DNA of 63,395 bases, filler included, from Reticulomyxa filosa (lineage: Eukaryota; Protista; Foraminifera): assembly GCA_000512085.1 (NCBI GenBank). It is 13 parts of 13 records of this genome, joined end to end, with 100 filler letters (N's around TTAATTAATTAA, not from the genome) between each part and the next. Parts side by side here need not be neighbours in the genome. Positions count along the whole stretch, not along the records: positions 23,695 to 33,677 come from ASPP01010080.1; positions 33,778 to 37,694 come from ASPP01004426.1; positions 37,795 to 40,139 come from ASPP01001564.1; 10 more parts are not named here. One strand, given 5' to 3'. Shown here piece after piece: positions 24,769 through 37,914 of the stretch; the stretch's first letter is position 1; each line of letters begins with the position of its first letter. The notes beneath the pieces were generated by a model that saw only the letters and a program-made list of their open reading frames with translations, was not told the origin of the DNA and searched no databases. The position numbers and the translations under genes are program-made.

Positions 24769-26622
24769 ATGAGGTAAATACATTTATTTCCTTTTCTTTT
24801 TGTACAATATCTCAGTTAATACACATGAAACATACTAAAGCGAGGCACCAATAGTGTCACAGTCACCGAAAACCAACAACTCAATTCAATATTTTTTGTC
24901 TGCATTGCTTGGAACCGGAAGCAATACGGACACGAACAGCACAAGTACCACGACAGCCACAACTGCAGTCGACACCTCAGCTGAAGTAAAAAATGACAAT
25001 ACAAAGACAGAAGACAAGCCGTCGAGCAAATCACAACCATATCACGTATGCGGTCTTCGAAGTCGCAAGATCCGCCTGGAAAAGAGTGCCCCTTTAAATG
25101 GTAAGTAATTCTTTTTGCTTTCTGCAAAGTCTATATCAAAATATAATGAAAACAAAAAAATGTAGGACGAAGCTCAACGGTAACGACAATACACTATCCA
25201 TTGCGTGAAAAGGCAGAAGAAAACACGATTGCAGCATTAAAGAAGGAAATAGTGGAAGAATTAAATATTCCGGCTGGTTGTGAGATGAAATTATTTTACG
25301 GGGGTACCGAACTGGGAAAAGATTCGCACATGTTGTCGTTATACGTATTGGAACAAGAAAGGGATTTGCTATTTGATCCATACATTGTCGTTGCTTTGCC
25401 GGAAGGCCGGCTGGTGAAAAAAGAACCAGCTGCAGAAGAAACGAAAAAGGAGGAGGAAGAAGAAAAAAAGGAAACAAAGCCCATTGCAACTATTACTTCA
25501 GCGCCTGTAATTGTTCCTTCAACAAATTTGGATAGTGCCTTTCCTGATTTGGTGCAAATGCTACAAAGAAAATTGGGTCGATCAAAACCAGTTGAGAAAC
25601 AAAAGGGGGGAGGGTAAATATAAAAACATACGTATAGAACGTATACAATACATACATGTGCCTTTTGACTTTAGCTTCCCCCTCCAGTCCCGATAACATT
25701 GGAGGAAAAACTGAAGTATTATAACGCGTTTGAAATTAAGTTTATGAAAACAAAAGATCCCGTTCACTTGGAAGAATGCGATGACTGTTATGTGCTACCC
25801 GGCTGCAACCATGGTATATGCGGTGATTCGCTCTACCTTTATGCGATGAATAGTGTGAAAGATAAGAAGGAGTGTTGGATTCGCTGTCCGCATGTGCTGG
25901 AGGAAAGCGCAAAGATTTGCGGTAGAGTAATTGACTTTATTGTGGTCAAGAAAATTTTGTCACATTTTTTCAGAAAAAACAAAGACAAGACTGATTCATT
26001 CAACGAAGCATTAGAAAATATGTTCTCATTGGAAGTCACGCTGTGTGAAAATTATTTGCATGAACACTATGATGTTCAAAAGTTTTGTCTTCGCTTTTTT
26101 TTTTGGTGAATTTATTATTCGCATCTTTTTTTTTTTTGCACTCTTTGCCTACGTAGATGTTTCCAATGCAAAACCGTGTTGTATCGTCAACTAAAACCCG
26201 ACCGAACCGCTGATATCCAATTTAGGTCGTTATGTCCTGTGTGTACCAATGACAAAGAATGGGACCATGAAGAAAAAAATAAAACGCAAAAAGTGGAAAA
26301 AAGAAAATCAAGTGTGTTTGATCGTATATTTTGTGGGACAAGCACGTCCGAAAAGGTGGAAGATACAAGTAAAGAGAAAAATGAACTATCAAAAGAACCG
26401 GTGAATGAGACAACGAAGGAACCATCAACCGTATCTGTAAGTGCGCCAACTATAACATCCTCGATAAGACGGTTAAGTCTAATACAACTATTTACCGCAC
26501 AACCAGTTGTAACCCAGCCAGTCGAACAGCAAGTTGTACCGCAACAGCAACCACAAGAGCAGCAACAACCACAAGAGCAACAACAACAGCAGCAGCAACA
26601 ACAGCAACAACAGCAACAACAA

Positions 26623-26654
<32 letters not shown>

Positions 26655-27394
26655 ACAACAGCAGCAGCAACAGCAGCAACAGCAGCAACAACAGCAACAA
26701 CAGCAGCAACAGCAACAACAGCAACAACAGCAAGACCAACCACAACTGCCGCAAATTCCACAACTACTACTACTGCCACAACTGCCACAACTGCCACAAC
26801 AGCAACCGCAACAGCAACAACTGCAACCGCAACAACAGCAAATCGTACAACCAGTTGAAAATACCGCCGAGAAAAAAGAAGAGGTTAAAGCACCAGAAGC
26901 ACCGAAAATTCAAATATCGCCATTCGATTATTTTTTCTGCTGGTCTTGTGGAAACGAATGGAAAGATCCCACCGCTGATTTTTGCGGTTTTCCAGAATGC
27001 CAAACTCGTACACGCTCTGATATTATATCTCTTTTAGCGACTTGTCCCACAAAAAAAATTGGACAAGTAGATGGTGTTCCAGAAATTAGGGGATGTCCAA
27101 GTTTTGTCTTTGTTCAAAAACATGAAACACTGAATTTAAAGTTCACAAAAAACACGGTGCATGTGTATAGCTTGTGGTCAAATGGTTAATCACACTGAAG
27201 CATGCAAGCATATGACTTGCCGATGTACGGCTGCTTTTTGCTTTGTTTGCATGAAGCCGAAGTTAAAAACTGGAAATTGGCAGTGCGGGGGTTCAAGTGA
27301 CGTCTGCCCGGTATCCAAACGCCAAACCCACGAAGACCTTCCTGCCGGAAACCGATCGGTTGTAGCTTTGTTCTCTCTAATTGACAAGAAATAG
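24769..27394 (+). CDS. RBR (RING-IBR-RING) E3 ubiquitin ligase with N-terminal ubiquitin-like domain, 6 exons
   Basis: ATG AG|intron 24774-24840; Ubl TIAALKKEIVEELNIP..KLFYGGTEL; degenerate RING1 CNHGIC..IRCP; IBR CFQC..CPVC..FCWSC; RING2 CPTCGQMVNHTEACKHMTCRCTAAFCFVC. Confidence 0.88.
26578..26733 (+). repeat. CAG/CAA repeat encoding 52 consecutive Gln
   Basis: 156 nt of mixed CAA/CAG codons in frame within the RBR gene. Confidence 0.95.
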
Positions 27395-28561
27395 ACTTCC
27401 TTGATTTGGCAGAAGAAATTTTTTTGTGCAAAAAAATTTGTATTTGATCCTTTCATGTTTTTGTTTCTTTGCTTTGATTTTTGGTGTGTTGATTTTTGGA
27501 ACAACGCGGGATGCAAAAGAACGGTGGTTTCATCGTTTGGATCGAAAAAGGGGAGGGTAAGGAATAACACGCTAGATTTTTGGCTTTGATGAACTAGTCG
27601 CAAAATTTTGCTCTCGAATCTTTAGATAAATTCCTTTTTTTGCAATTCTCCGTATGACAAACCGATAACTCCATGTTTGGGATTGTTGGTTCTCATACTT
27701 GACTACTTCTCTTGCTTTAGATAAGTATTTTGAACAGTGTTTGGACTGCTCAACTTTCCAGTTACACGTTATCTTTGAAACACGTTTGCACGGTAAAACT
27801 ATAAAAACGTTTCAAATGCAATAATTTCAAATGAATCAAAAAAGTATCAAAAGAATGATAGCTTCATTTGTTTTTCTTATGATTATTAGTCCTTGCAATT
27901 GTTCCTTAAAAAGAGTGAAGCAAGCTCTCAAGGAATCTTGGAGCCCTAGTGGGTTAAACTTTCACGGTTACAACATTTTCTCTTTTTTGTTTTTGTTGTA
28001 TTCTTTGTGATTTATTTTTATTTAATTAATTTAATCTTACTGAAATTTTGTTTCTTGGAACAAAATCCTTTCGTATTACACTTAGTTGTAGCTCTCTTCC
28101 TGCACCAGATATATAGATTTCATTCTAATTGTTTGTGTCGCTGGGACTGTCAATGGTTCACTGTTTTACCAATGATTCAAGTTTATTTACTATTGGTATA
28201 TTCAAATTCCAAAACATATTCAGTTAAATCTTTATTTTGTAGTTTTTATCTTTAGTCTCTTGTTGTACAATAATATTTCTGGAAAGGTAATATTATTTCC
28301 AATGATTGTCAAATTTTTACAGAAAAGATTTTTTTATGAAAATAAAATGTTACAGTCACACAACCACAATACTCTATATTCTTCAGCTTTTCGAAAATTG
28401 TGTATCTTTTAAGATATTCAAAAAAGAAAATATTTAGAGCATATATTATCATTAAAGATGTGTTGATTGCACTAAACTAACGTCAGCAAATAATAATTTA
28501 GCAACTTCATACGTTTGTCAAAAAAAAAACTTTTTCTGAAGTAACGTAAAGAAACCATCAA

Positions 28562-29695
28562 ATGAAAATGATTCAATTTGTTCCATGGATTTTTTACCTA
28601 TTTCTTTTGCCTGGTCTTTGCGCAGGTGAGTGTGCATTTTTTTTAGGACGGTTTGAAGTTAGAAGAGAAAACAGCGCTTTTTTTCCTTCCTTCCATAGTA
28701 TATATAGCCGATCCAAATGACCCAATCTGCAAACAACCAGTAGATATGATGTACATTATTGACGACAGCTGCGGAGCACAAATGAATGCACCCAAATGCC
28801 ATCGCTTGAAACAGCACTTAATTGATTTAGCGTTTCATTTTGATGTGGGAAATGATTTGCACGAAAATACTCGCATTGGCATAGTAACATTTACTCATCA
28901 TCCAAAATCGCAACTGGCTTTATCAAAAGGGACAAATATGCATGCTATTATCAACGCGATTGAGCAAATAGATTGCACTCAAACTGACACATCTAAAAAT
29001 TTGGGATTGTGTTAAGTTTTTTTAAATTAAAAAAGTTCTTGTTGTATGCATGCACATTAACTTTTCTTGAGGGACAGAGAGTATGCATTTTTTTTTAATA
29101 AGAATTTTTTTTGTTTTGTACCTTTGGGAAAAAAAACAACAGTGGAAGCTGTGAAAAATGCAGCAGCAAGTTTGAACAATAATTATCGATATCTATCGAA
29201 TGGAGATTTATTTAAAGTGAACCAAGTAGTGATTGTTTATCCTCTTTGTGATTGTTCAATGAATCGTACGTTGTGCAGTGGTCAAAATGACAATGCAGAC
29301 GAGATAAAACGACAATTGTCCAACAAACAAGTTATAATATATGTTAGTGGTCACATGACTGATGCCCAAGATTACAGCTGTTTGGTTTCACAAAGTTCAT
29401 CGGATGACCACTTATTCAATAATCCAACGTGCGACACTTTGCCTTATATTTTTGATGGTCAAACTCTAGCGCTGTCCACTTGCAAGGGTTAGCTTAATTT
29501 GTTTATGTTATTCTCTATTCATATTTTTCTTTTTCTTTTTTTTATCAAAAAAAGAAATTGCACAACAAAATACAATAAGCACCTGAAATCGCTCCTCTGC
29601 CTCATATTATTCATCGTCCAGAGCATCACTGGTGGTATAGTCTGAGCAGTAGCAGCAGTAGTAGCAGCAGCAGTAGCAGCAGCAGTAGCTATTAA
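28562..29695 (+). CDS. Secreted Cys-rich von Willebrand A domain protein with poly-Ser tail, 4 exons
   Basis: Signal peptide MKMIQFVPWIFYLFLLPGLCA; CKQPVDMMYIIDDSCG; TRIGIVTF; last exon ..HRPEHHWWYSL-S15-Y*. Confidence 0.8.
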
Positions 29696-30467
29696 TAATT
29701 TACCAGAATTTAACAGAATAATTTTTCTTTGTTCTTTTTTTGGGTGAAAAGGGAAGAAAAGTTTGTCAATTAGAGGCTTTGTTTTGGGTATGGGGTTGTC
29801 ATGCTATCTATTTTATGTTTGTATTCTTGTCTAGTCTTCTCAGTGACTACAACATTTTGTTTTTCGTAATTTATACGTTCCTCCATTATGCTTTAGACAA
29901 AAAGTTGTTTTTAATAAACTTCTTTTGTTGTCATGTAAGATGAAGTCTCTGCGTATATTTCTCTTTTTTGGGTTTCAAACGAATATATCTTTAATCTATC
30001 ATTCTCTTTGTTTTAAACAGTCTAATTTAAATTAGTTTTACATTTATAAATTGACAAGGAATTAAAAGCCACTCTGTTGTTGAATTTTTGTAGTTGGAAG
30101 CTTATGGTGAGTAAAATGTTACTTTCAGCAACTATCAATCTCCTTTATCTAAAAAAACATTTAATTTTTAATAACCAGCGGTGGAAGGTGAAACAAGTCG
30201 AAAATGTAATACGAAACGTTTGCTCTTGCGAACAAAACAAGTGAGGGAAAATTTCCTAAAATTTTATTATTGCAAATGCCAAGATAAGCGATAAATATTG
30301 TTTTTTTTCGCTCTAATCGATCCACCGAATCTATCAAAAAATTAAGTAAATATTCCTTTTTTTGGTTCGTGCTCGATTGAAATTTCAAATTCAAAATTAA
30401 AAGAATATTAGGTTACAAAGAAGAAACAAAAACGAAGGTAAAGCTTTAATAGTGTATTATATACCGG

Positions 30468-32858
30468 CTAATCAGCAAAAATTTTTGTATTAGAGTCATC
30501 GGTTTTGTTGTTATTAGTTGTTTGTTGTGCATGGATATCATTTTCATCATCCTTGTCTTCGTTCTCCTCTTCATTGTCATCCTCCCCAATGATATCTCCG
30601 TCGCCCATATCATTGTTCTCAATCACAGGACGGGTTACTGCTTTGCCAAGCCATAAGTTCACAGGCACCCTTGTCATCTTGGAGCGTTGAAACATTTGCA
30701 ACTCTTTATCACTATCGTCATCGGACTCTTTCTCTTCAGCTGCAGTGGGTTCACTTTCAATGACTTCTAAATCAGCTCCACCATTGGTTTGCGATATATC
30801 TTGTCGCAACAACTGTCTTTGATGCAAAATTTTGCTCAATTCGTTTGCCAACGAGTATTTGACAGCAGAAGAAAAGCCAATTTTATCCTCCCATTCATTT
30901 TCCGAGTTTTTATCACAATTTTTTTCCTCATCTTCGATCGGGTATTTCAGATCAGATTCAAACAATTGTTCACCATCAATCCATTTTTCTTTTTCTTTTT
31001 GTCTTTCTCTTTCCTTTTCATCATTAACTTGTGTCAATGCCCTGGCTTTCTCTCTTGCTTGCTGTCGCAAAGCAAATTCAGGATGATTGAGCAATTGTTG
31101 AGTCAACTTACCTTTAATTTTCATCAATGCGTTCATATCGCCCTCTTCATTTTCTTCATCCTCTTCATTCTCATATATATTTTTGCGCTTCGATCCAATG
31201 GAACCAATTCGCAAGTTTTCTCTCAATTGTTGTTCATCTTTACAACGCTTTGCAATGTCATTTCTCAAATCCATTAATTCGAGTAAAGTGTCACGTTCGG
31301 CATAGATACGATTCAGAATGCCCAAAAACAACGGAGGAGGGCCTATTTTGGACACATTTGAGGCGGAGTGGTATGAGTTATAACAACGAGTTACTTGTGA
31401 CTGTGATTGTAATTGCTGTGATGTATCATATTTGTATTGTGAATAGAGAATATATAATTGTGCATTTAGTTCGTCAATTCGATTTTGTAAACGGTACAAC
31501 TGATCCAAAATCTTTTTAGAATTTTTTTGATTGTCATTGATTTGATCTGTTGAATCAGCTTTTATATCAGTATTTGTCTCTCTCCAATCTACAAATTTCC
31601 ATTTCCATCGAAAAGGAACAGAATCAATAGACTTCTGTTTTGCATTTGTGGAAGAGACATGGATCAATTTCATCTCTTGTTGAAACTTTGTTAAGCCCAT
31701 TTGTGTTTTTAATGTAATACAGTGACCATAGATCCATTCATTTAATTGTTCCATTTCATAATTCAATTGATAACAATAACAATAATAATTAACATAACTG
31801 TAAATCTTGTTCCATATGTGGTTGCCATTGCTGTCATACACTTTGGATAGCCTTCGACACATACACTCAAACCAAGTTTGGCGTGCCCATTTGTAATCTT
31901 GACATATTTGTGACCAATTTTGTGAGCTGGCTATTTCTTCATACTGACTTGAGCTCTGCCCGTCATCGTCTGGGGATGATAGAGATATCCCTGACATTTT
32001 TCTTAAACATCCCAATTTCAATATCAATGGTTGCAAGACTTGATTAAAAATGTATTTTTGTTGATTTTTCACAAAGTTCATATCATAACCACAGTTTCCG
32101 GAAGCTTTCAATACTGTTGAGTTTTTTGATTGGGTGTCACCAATCGTATTACTTTGTGTTTGAAGGGAAGCATTTGCTTGCTGTGACAACTGCTGATCTA
32201 TTGTGGAAAAGATTTTCAAATATCCGTCCAATTGTTTATCCAAAAACGCAATACAGTCATTCAAATGAGGAATAGATTTGTCAAATACTGTGCCAAGTAT
32301 CAATCGATGGAGGTATACATCCAACAGCAATACAGTACCATTCACGCATAAATACCACCAAACATATGTGATTAAAATATGCCACAGGTCAAACATACAC
32401 TCGTTCTGATTAGATGAAATGATCATCATCAGTCCAATATAGGTGATAAACACTGGCAAAAGTGAGCCCAAACTTATATCTTTATTTCGAATAAGTAGAG
32501 TCGGGGAATCTGTTAGATTCAAATCGTTTTGTTCTTCAAGTGAATATGTTGTCATTAATTTGTTCAGCGTGTTCAGTTGCGATTCGTAGTAAATTACTGG
32601 AGAATGTAATCCACATCTGAAATATAGTGGACAGGCCCAATACAACAACAGATACCATTCTTGCAGCAATGCTACTTCATACTCTTCTTCCAACCCTTTA
32701 CAAATTTCTTTTGACTCTTCATCTGTATTTCTTGAAGCAAAATATTGAGCAAAGAACGGATCATTGTTTTCTATTCTTTCTAAATATCTCAAGTAAGCTT
32801 CATCTTCATACAAGATTGCAAGGTTTTTCCCATTTGATATGTCATGTAGGGAAGCCAT
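30468..32858 (-). CDS. ~800-aa membrane/coiled-coil protein, tentatively vezatin-like
   Basis: Long intronless ORF with two hydrophobic segments, a coiled coil and an acidic tail. ILYEDEAYLRYLE, EQLFES and LANELSKIL resemble vezatin terminal motifs as I recall them. CDS solid, family tentative. Confidence 0.6.
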   Translation of the reverse strand: MASLHDISNGKNLAILYEDEAYLRYLERIENNDPFFAQYFASRNTDEESKEICKGLEEEYEVALLQEWYLLLYWACPLYFRCGLHSPVIYYESQLNTLNKLMTTYSLEEQNDLNLTDSPTLLIRNKDISLGSLLPVFITYIGLMMIISSNQNECMFDLWHILITYVWWYLCVNGTVLLLDVYLHRLILGTVFDKSIPHLNDCIAFLDKQLDGYLKIFSTIDQQLSQQANASLQTQSNTIGDTQSKNSTVLKASGNCGYDMNFVKNQQKYIFNQVLQPLILKLGCLRKMSGISLSSPDDDGQSSSQYEEIASSQNWSQICQDYKWARQTWFECMCRRLSKVYDSNGNHIWNKIYSYVNYYCYCYQLNYEMEQLNEWIYGHCITLKTQMGLTKFQQEMKLIHVSSTNAKQKSIDSVPFRWKWKFVDWRETNTDIKADSTDQINDNQKNSKKILDQLYRLQNRIDELNAQLYILYSQYKYDTSQQLQSQSQVTRCYNSYHSASNVSKIGPPPLFLGILNRIYAERDTLLELMDLRNDIAKRCKDEQQLRENLRIGSIGSKRKNIYENEEDEENEEGDMNALMKIKGKLTQQLLNHPEFALRQQAREKARALTQVNDEKERERQKEKEKWIDGEQLFESDLKYPIEDEEKNCDKNSENEWEDKIGFSSAVKYSLANELSKILHQRQLLRQDISQTNGGADLEVIESEPTAAEEKESDDDSDKELQMFQRSKMTRVPVNLWLGKAVTRPVIENNDMGDGDIIGEDDNEEENEDKDDENDIHAQQTTNNNKTDDSNTKIFAD

Positions 32859-33056
32859 TTTATTAAGAATATTGTATATCGTCCCTTTTTTTTTAAAAGT
32901 TAAATTGGTTGCTAAAACGAGGTGCACTCAAACATTACTTCACTATTTATCTTATTTCTTGCTTAGCAGGATAAATACTGTATTGTTTTGTAACGTGAAA
33001 CGCCTTGACGTCATTCTAACTACGTTTCTGTACGTAGATAAACGCAAAAGAAAAGT

Positions 33057-33590
33057 ATGTCTTCGGAAACTATTCAAGTTTTTGCAAGAATCCGTCCACT
33101 TGATCGGAAAAAATCCAGGTGTGGAGGCACTGCAAATTATGGAATTGAACAAGCATCCGATGAAAATAAACTGCAACAACTAAAACTAACTTGCCCAAAA
33201 GATGGGGCTGGCGGATATGTTAATAATACTATTGAAAACTATCAATTTCATTTTCAGCAAATCTTTAATATGGAAGCAAGCCAGGTTAAAAAAACTTAAT
33301 TTGGAACGGGAGAGCAAAAAAAAAAATAACTGAACCCAAAAGTGACACAAAAGCAAACAATACAACAACATTTAGGACGATGTATTCAAGTCATTAGCTC
33401 TCCCTGTCGTAAACAATGTGATGGAGGGTTACAACGGCACTGTATTTGCATATGGGCAAACAGGCTCTGGTAAGACATTTACAATGACAGGGGGTGCATC
33501 TGATTACGGGGATAGAGGATTGATACCACGCACCATTGGTGAAATTTACCGAAGGATGGAGGATGCAAAGGATCACACCTATTCTGTGAG
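33057..33590 (+). CDS. KIF6: Kinesin-9 family motor (KIF6-like), N-terminal part
   Basis: ETIQVFARIRP, GYVNN..ENYQFHF, GYNGTVFAYGQTGSGKTFTMTGG..YGDRGLIPR. Intron 33285-33376. Confidence 0.88.
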
Positions 33591-33777
33591 GTACAAGAGA
33601 TATATCTCGTGTGTGTTTTTTTTTTGTTAGATGGAGAGGAAAATGCGCAAGGAAGATCGAAAAGATTTTATTTCAATNNNNNNNNNNNNNNNNNNNNNNN
33701 NNNNNNNNNNNNNNNNNNNNNTTAATTAATTAANNNNNNNNNNNNNNNNNNNNNNNNNNNNNNNNNNNNNNNNNNNN

Positions 33778-34144
33778 TGTTGATCATGGACTCCAAGATG
33801 ACATACCAGCATCATATCAATTATGTATATGGAAAGGCAGCGATGAAGTTGGGATATTTGACATTCCCTGCTCCTACAAGGGCATTCGACCCAGTATATA
33901 AATTGCTTTACACAACAATTATCAGCCCATCATTGGAGTATGCATGCGCATTCTGGAACGGAGCAGCGGAATCGCACAAACAACGGCTCAACATGATCCA
34001 AAGGATTGCGATGTGCAAGATCCTTGGGGTGATGAATTCGACAGCATATGATATCACAGTTGCCTCCATTGGAACTAAGAAGGCAACAGTAAGAAATGAA
34101 GATGCTCCAGAAATGTGTCAGATGGTGCAACAAGTTCTGTTCTA
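33778..34144 (+). mobile_element. Non-LTR retrotransposon (LINE) RT thumb-region relic
   Basis: DSKMTYQHHINYVYGKA..KLLYTTIISPSLEYACAFW..RLNMIQRIAMCKILG. Confidence 0.85.
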
Positions 34145-34652
34145 ATTTTAATAATATTTTTGTAAATTAACTTCAAATGATATGTAAGTAACATTCAGTA
34201 ATGAATTAGATACACTCACTATGTTACTCATTTATAATTTAACTATTATTATCCTTCCTTACTAAAAACAAAATTATAGTTTTGTCTAGTCGATAATGAT
34301 ATTTTTTTGTATTAACTTATGAAAGAACAAATTGGAAGAGATGTATTTATAATTAATTTTCATGTAATAGTTGCATGTTGTTTAATTCTTGCACCATTTT
34401 ATTTAATTAGTTTGATTTTACTTAGATGATAGCTTGAGTCAGTTATCAGCTGTAATATATATGAATGCATGAAATTGGGTCTATGATAACTAAACATTTA
34501 CGACATCTGGGATGTTTTCGTGAAAATGCAAATATTTTTAAAAATAGCCCAAAAGTTGGACAAAGAACTACGTTAGCTAGCAAATTTTAAGGTTGTGGAG
34601 TACCCTAAACTTTGTTGCGTTTTCAAGATTTTAAAGTCTTTAAACAAACACA

Positions 34653-35355
<703 letters not shown>

Positions 35356-36176
35356 CGCACTAATAAACAACTAAAAATTAAAATTAAAAACAAAAACCAA
35401 GCCAACAAAGAAATGTGCCCAGTCCATTACTTTTTGTTTTGAGTTGCTGTTTTTGTTTTTTGTTTGTTTTTTTTGGTTCTCAGCTTTTATTTTTAATCCT
35501 CAGAAACTAACGAAGTAGATCTAGGACTATGACTTAGCGTTGAGAGAAACGCTTTTTCATGTATCGCATTTAAGTGCAAGAAATGCACAAAAGACTCTTT
35601 TCTCTTTTTTTTTTAGGGGGAATCGTTTTTTAACAGACAGCCACAATTTTTTGAAGGGGGTTAGTAATCTTATCTTAAAAATGTGATTAAAAAGATTCGT
35701 TGGGCTGGATTTTAGGAATACAATCAAAACAATTCAAGTTTTTTGCGAAAATGCTATTGAATTTTAATTTATCCAGCAGCTTTATTTGCTCGTGGAAAAA
35801 CAAATTAAACTAGTGAAAATCAAACAATTTGTTTCCAAAAAAAAAAATTTGGATTCAATTCAGTAAAGAAAATGAACTAGTTTTTATTAACAATTGTAGC
35901 CAGTTTTAATATTTATGAAAAACAAAGAGATTTTACCATGGACGATTGATATTTACTAACTAATAATTTGAAATCGTCCATTTATGGCTAAACCTACTGC
36001 AATTGATCATTTGCCTATTCCTCGAAGCGGTAATCGAGCGAAAAAAAAAATCAAGACAATGTGAAAATTACCAAAAATAACTTGTTGGCTAAAAACAAGT
36101 GAAGAAAATAACAAGATGCGAAACAAAATGATAATAATAATAAAAAAAAAAAGGAGTGAAGAGGGGAGAAGTGAAA

Positions 36177-37335
36177 TCAGCTCGATGATTGAACCAAATG
36201 AGCAAAGAAGGTATTGTCAATAACAATTTCATACGCAGAGGACATGATGATGCCAAAATTAACCCAAATGGACATAATATTCATGCACAACTCTTTGTCT
36301 TTTTTGGTAATTTTAGTGTCGCTCAAAATGGAATAGACAACATTGACATACATAGCTCCTCCTAACAAGCCCACATAAATCATCCACACAAATTGTAGCC
36401 ATTGTGGGAACCAATTGTATTCACAATGGAAATGCCACAAAACAAAGTTAATCCCTTGGAGTGATGTTAAGCAAGCCATTCCAATTTGATCAAATTGCAC
36501 CAATGAAATACTACTTCGGCTAATGAAAACACCAGCCTGGTAACATAAGGCCAATACCACATAGTCACGATTTTGCACACTGTCACTTTCATGTACATTT
36601 GCAATTTGAGCCAACCCCACGGATACCACGTATTCAAAAAAATACACTAAGGCTAACTATGGCCCCCCCCCCCGCACATACATATACATATATATAAATA
36701 TTTTTTTAAAATAATTTTTATTTATGTTACAGCAAACTGAAAGTGAGAGAAAGAAAAGACAATCCCCCCACCCAAAAAAAAAAAAAAAAATTCTATTTCT
36801 TCTTTCAATCCTACCATAATGCAACGTGAGGCAATGGTATTCCAGCCACGTTTTAATTGAATTCTGACTGCTTCTGTCTCCGTGGTTATTGCGATTTTCC
36901 TAAGAATATGTCGTCCATACGAACACACACACAAACAATCAAATGAAATAAATAAGAATAGCTATTTCTTTTAAATAAACAAACAAAACAACAGCAAAAA
37001 AAATGGACAAACCTCACGTCTTTTTTTCCTCCCTTTCCCCTCTCTTTTCCGATGTGGGATGTGATTGTTAGTTTATGTAAACGTGTCAATGGAAATCTAA
37101 ACTCAGTCACTTCAGTGCCCAGGGAATCGTGATCAAGTAGACTTGGATCGTTCATCGCACGCAGACCTTTGCCATAAGTTATTTGTCGGCGCAAAGGGGA
37201 CCGCCACGAATACTCTACAGCTATTGCATAAATGACTGCAGAAGGTACCATTAATAAAAATATTGTCCTTTTTTTTTTTTTTTATTAAAAAATGAATATA
37301 TATGTCCTTGCACAATACACATATACACATACACC

Positions 37336-37366
<31 letters not shown>

Positions 37367-37694
37367 TTTAACTCATTTGAAAATTTGAATATCGACTGCA
37401 ACAGCAAGTACATTCCGGCACCACCCACTCCAGCCATGCCAGTGCCAGACGACCTTTTGTTGTTGTTGTTGTTGTTGGATTATTGGTGTTTTCCATAGGT
37501 AGGATTGACATAACTGCGTGAATAAGCATGTGACGAGATAAAAGGGAGATAGAGAGAAAGAGGGAAGGGAAAAGAAAAAGGGGAAATACCAATCTAACAA
37601 AATAATAAACAAGATAAAAAAAAGAACAATTACAAAATACAATGAAAAGTAAAAAAAAAAAAAAAAAATATCTTACCATGCCCCACTAATTTTT
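36177..37694 (-). CDS. CLN3: Battenin/CLN3 (Btn1) family lysosomal transporter, 5'-truncated, multi-exon
   Basis: GTGMAGVGGA, YFFEY, YQAGVFISRSS, LQGIN, GLLGGAMYVN. Confidence 0.92.
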
Positions 37695-37914
37695 NNNNNN
37701 NNNNNNNNNNNNNNNNNNNNNNNNNNNNNNNNNNNNNNTTAATTAATTAANNNNNNNNNNNNNNNNNNNNNNNNNNNNNNNNNNNNNNNNNNNNGTGTTT
37801 TTCTCGTAGTCATGAAATTTGCCAATCTTTTTTTAAACTATTTTTGATATTTTCCTTTTTTTTTGTGCCGAAATATTGATTGACAACCATTAGATGAAAA
37901 TTCAATAACAAGAA

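Noticed and set aside
26488-27037. Poly-Leu, poly-Ala/Val and poly-Asn/Ser ORFs
   Set aside because: Alternative-frame shadows of the CAG/CAA polyQ repeat.
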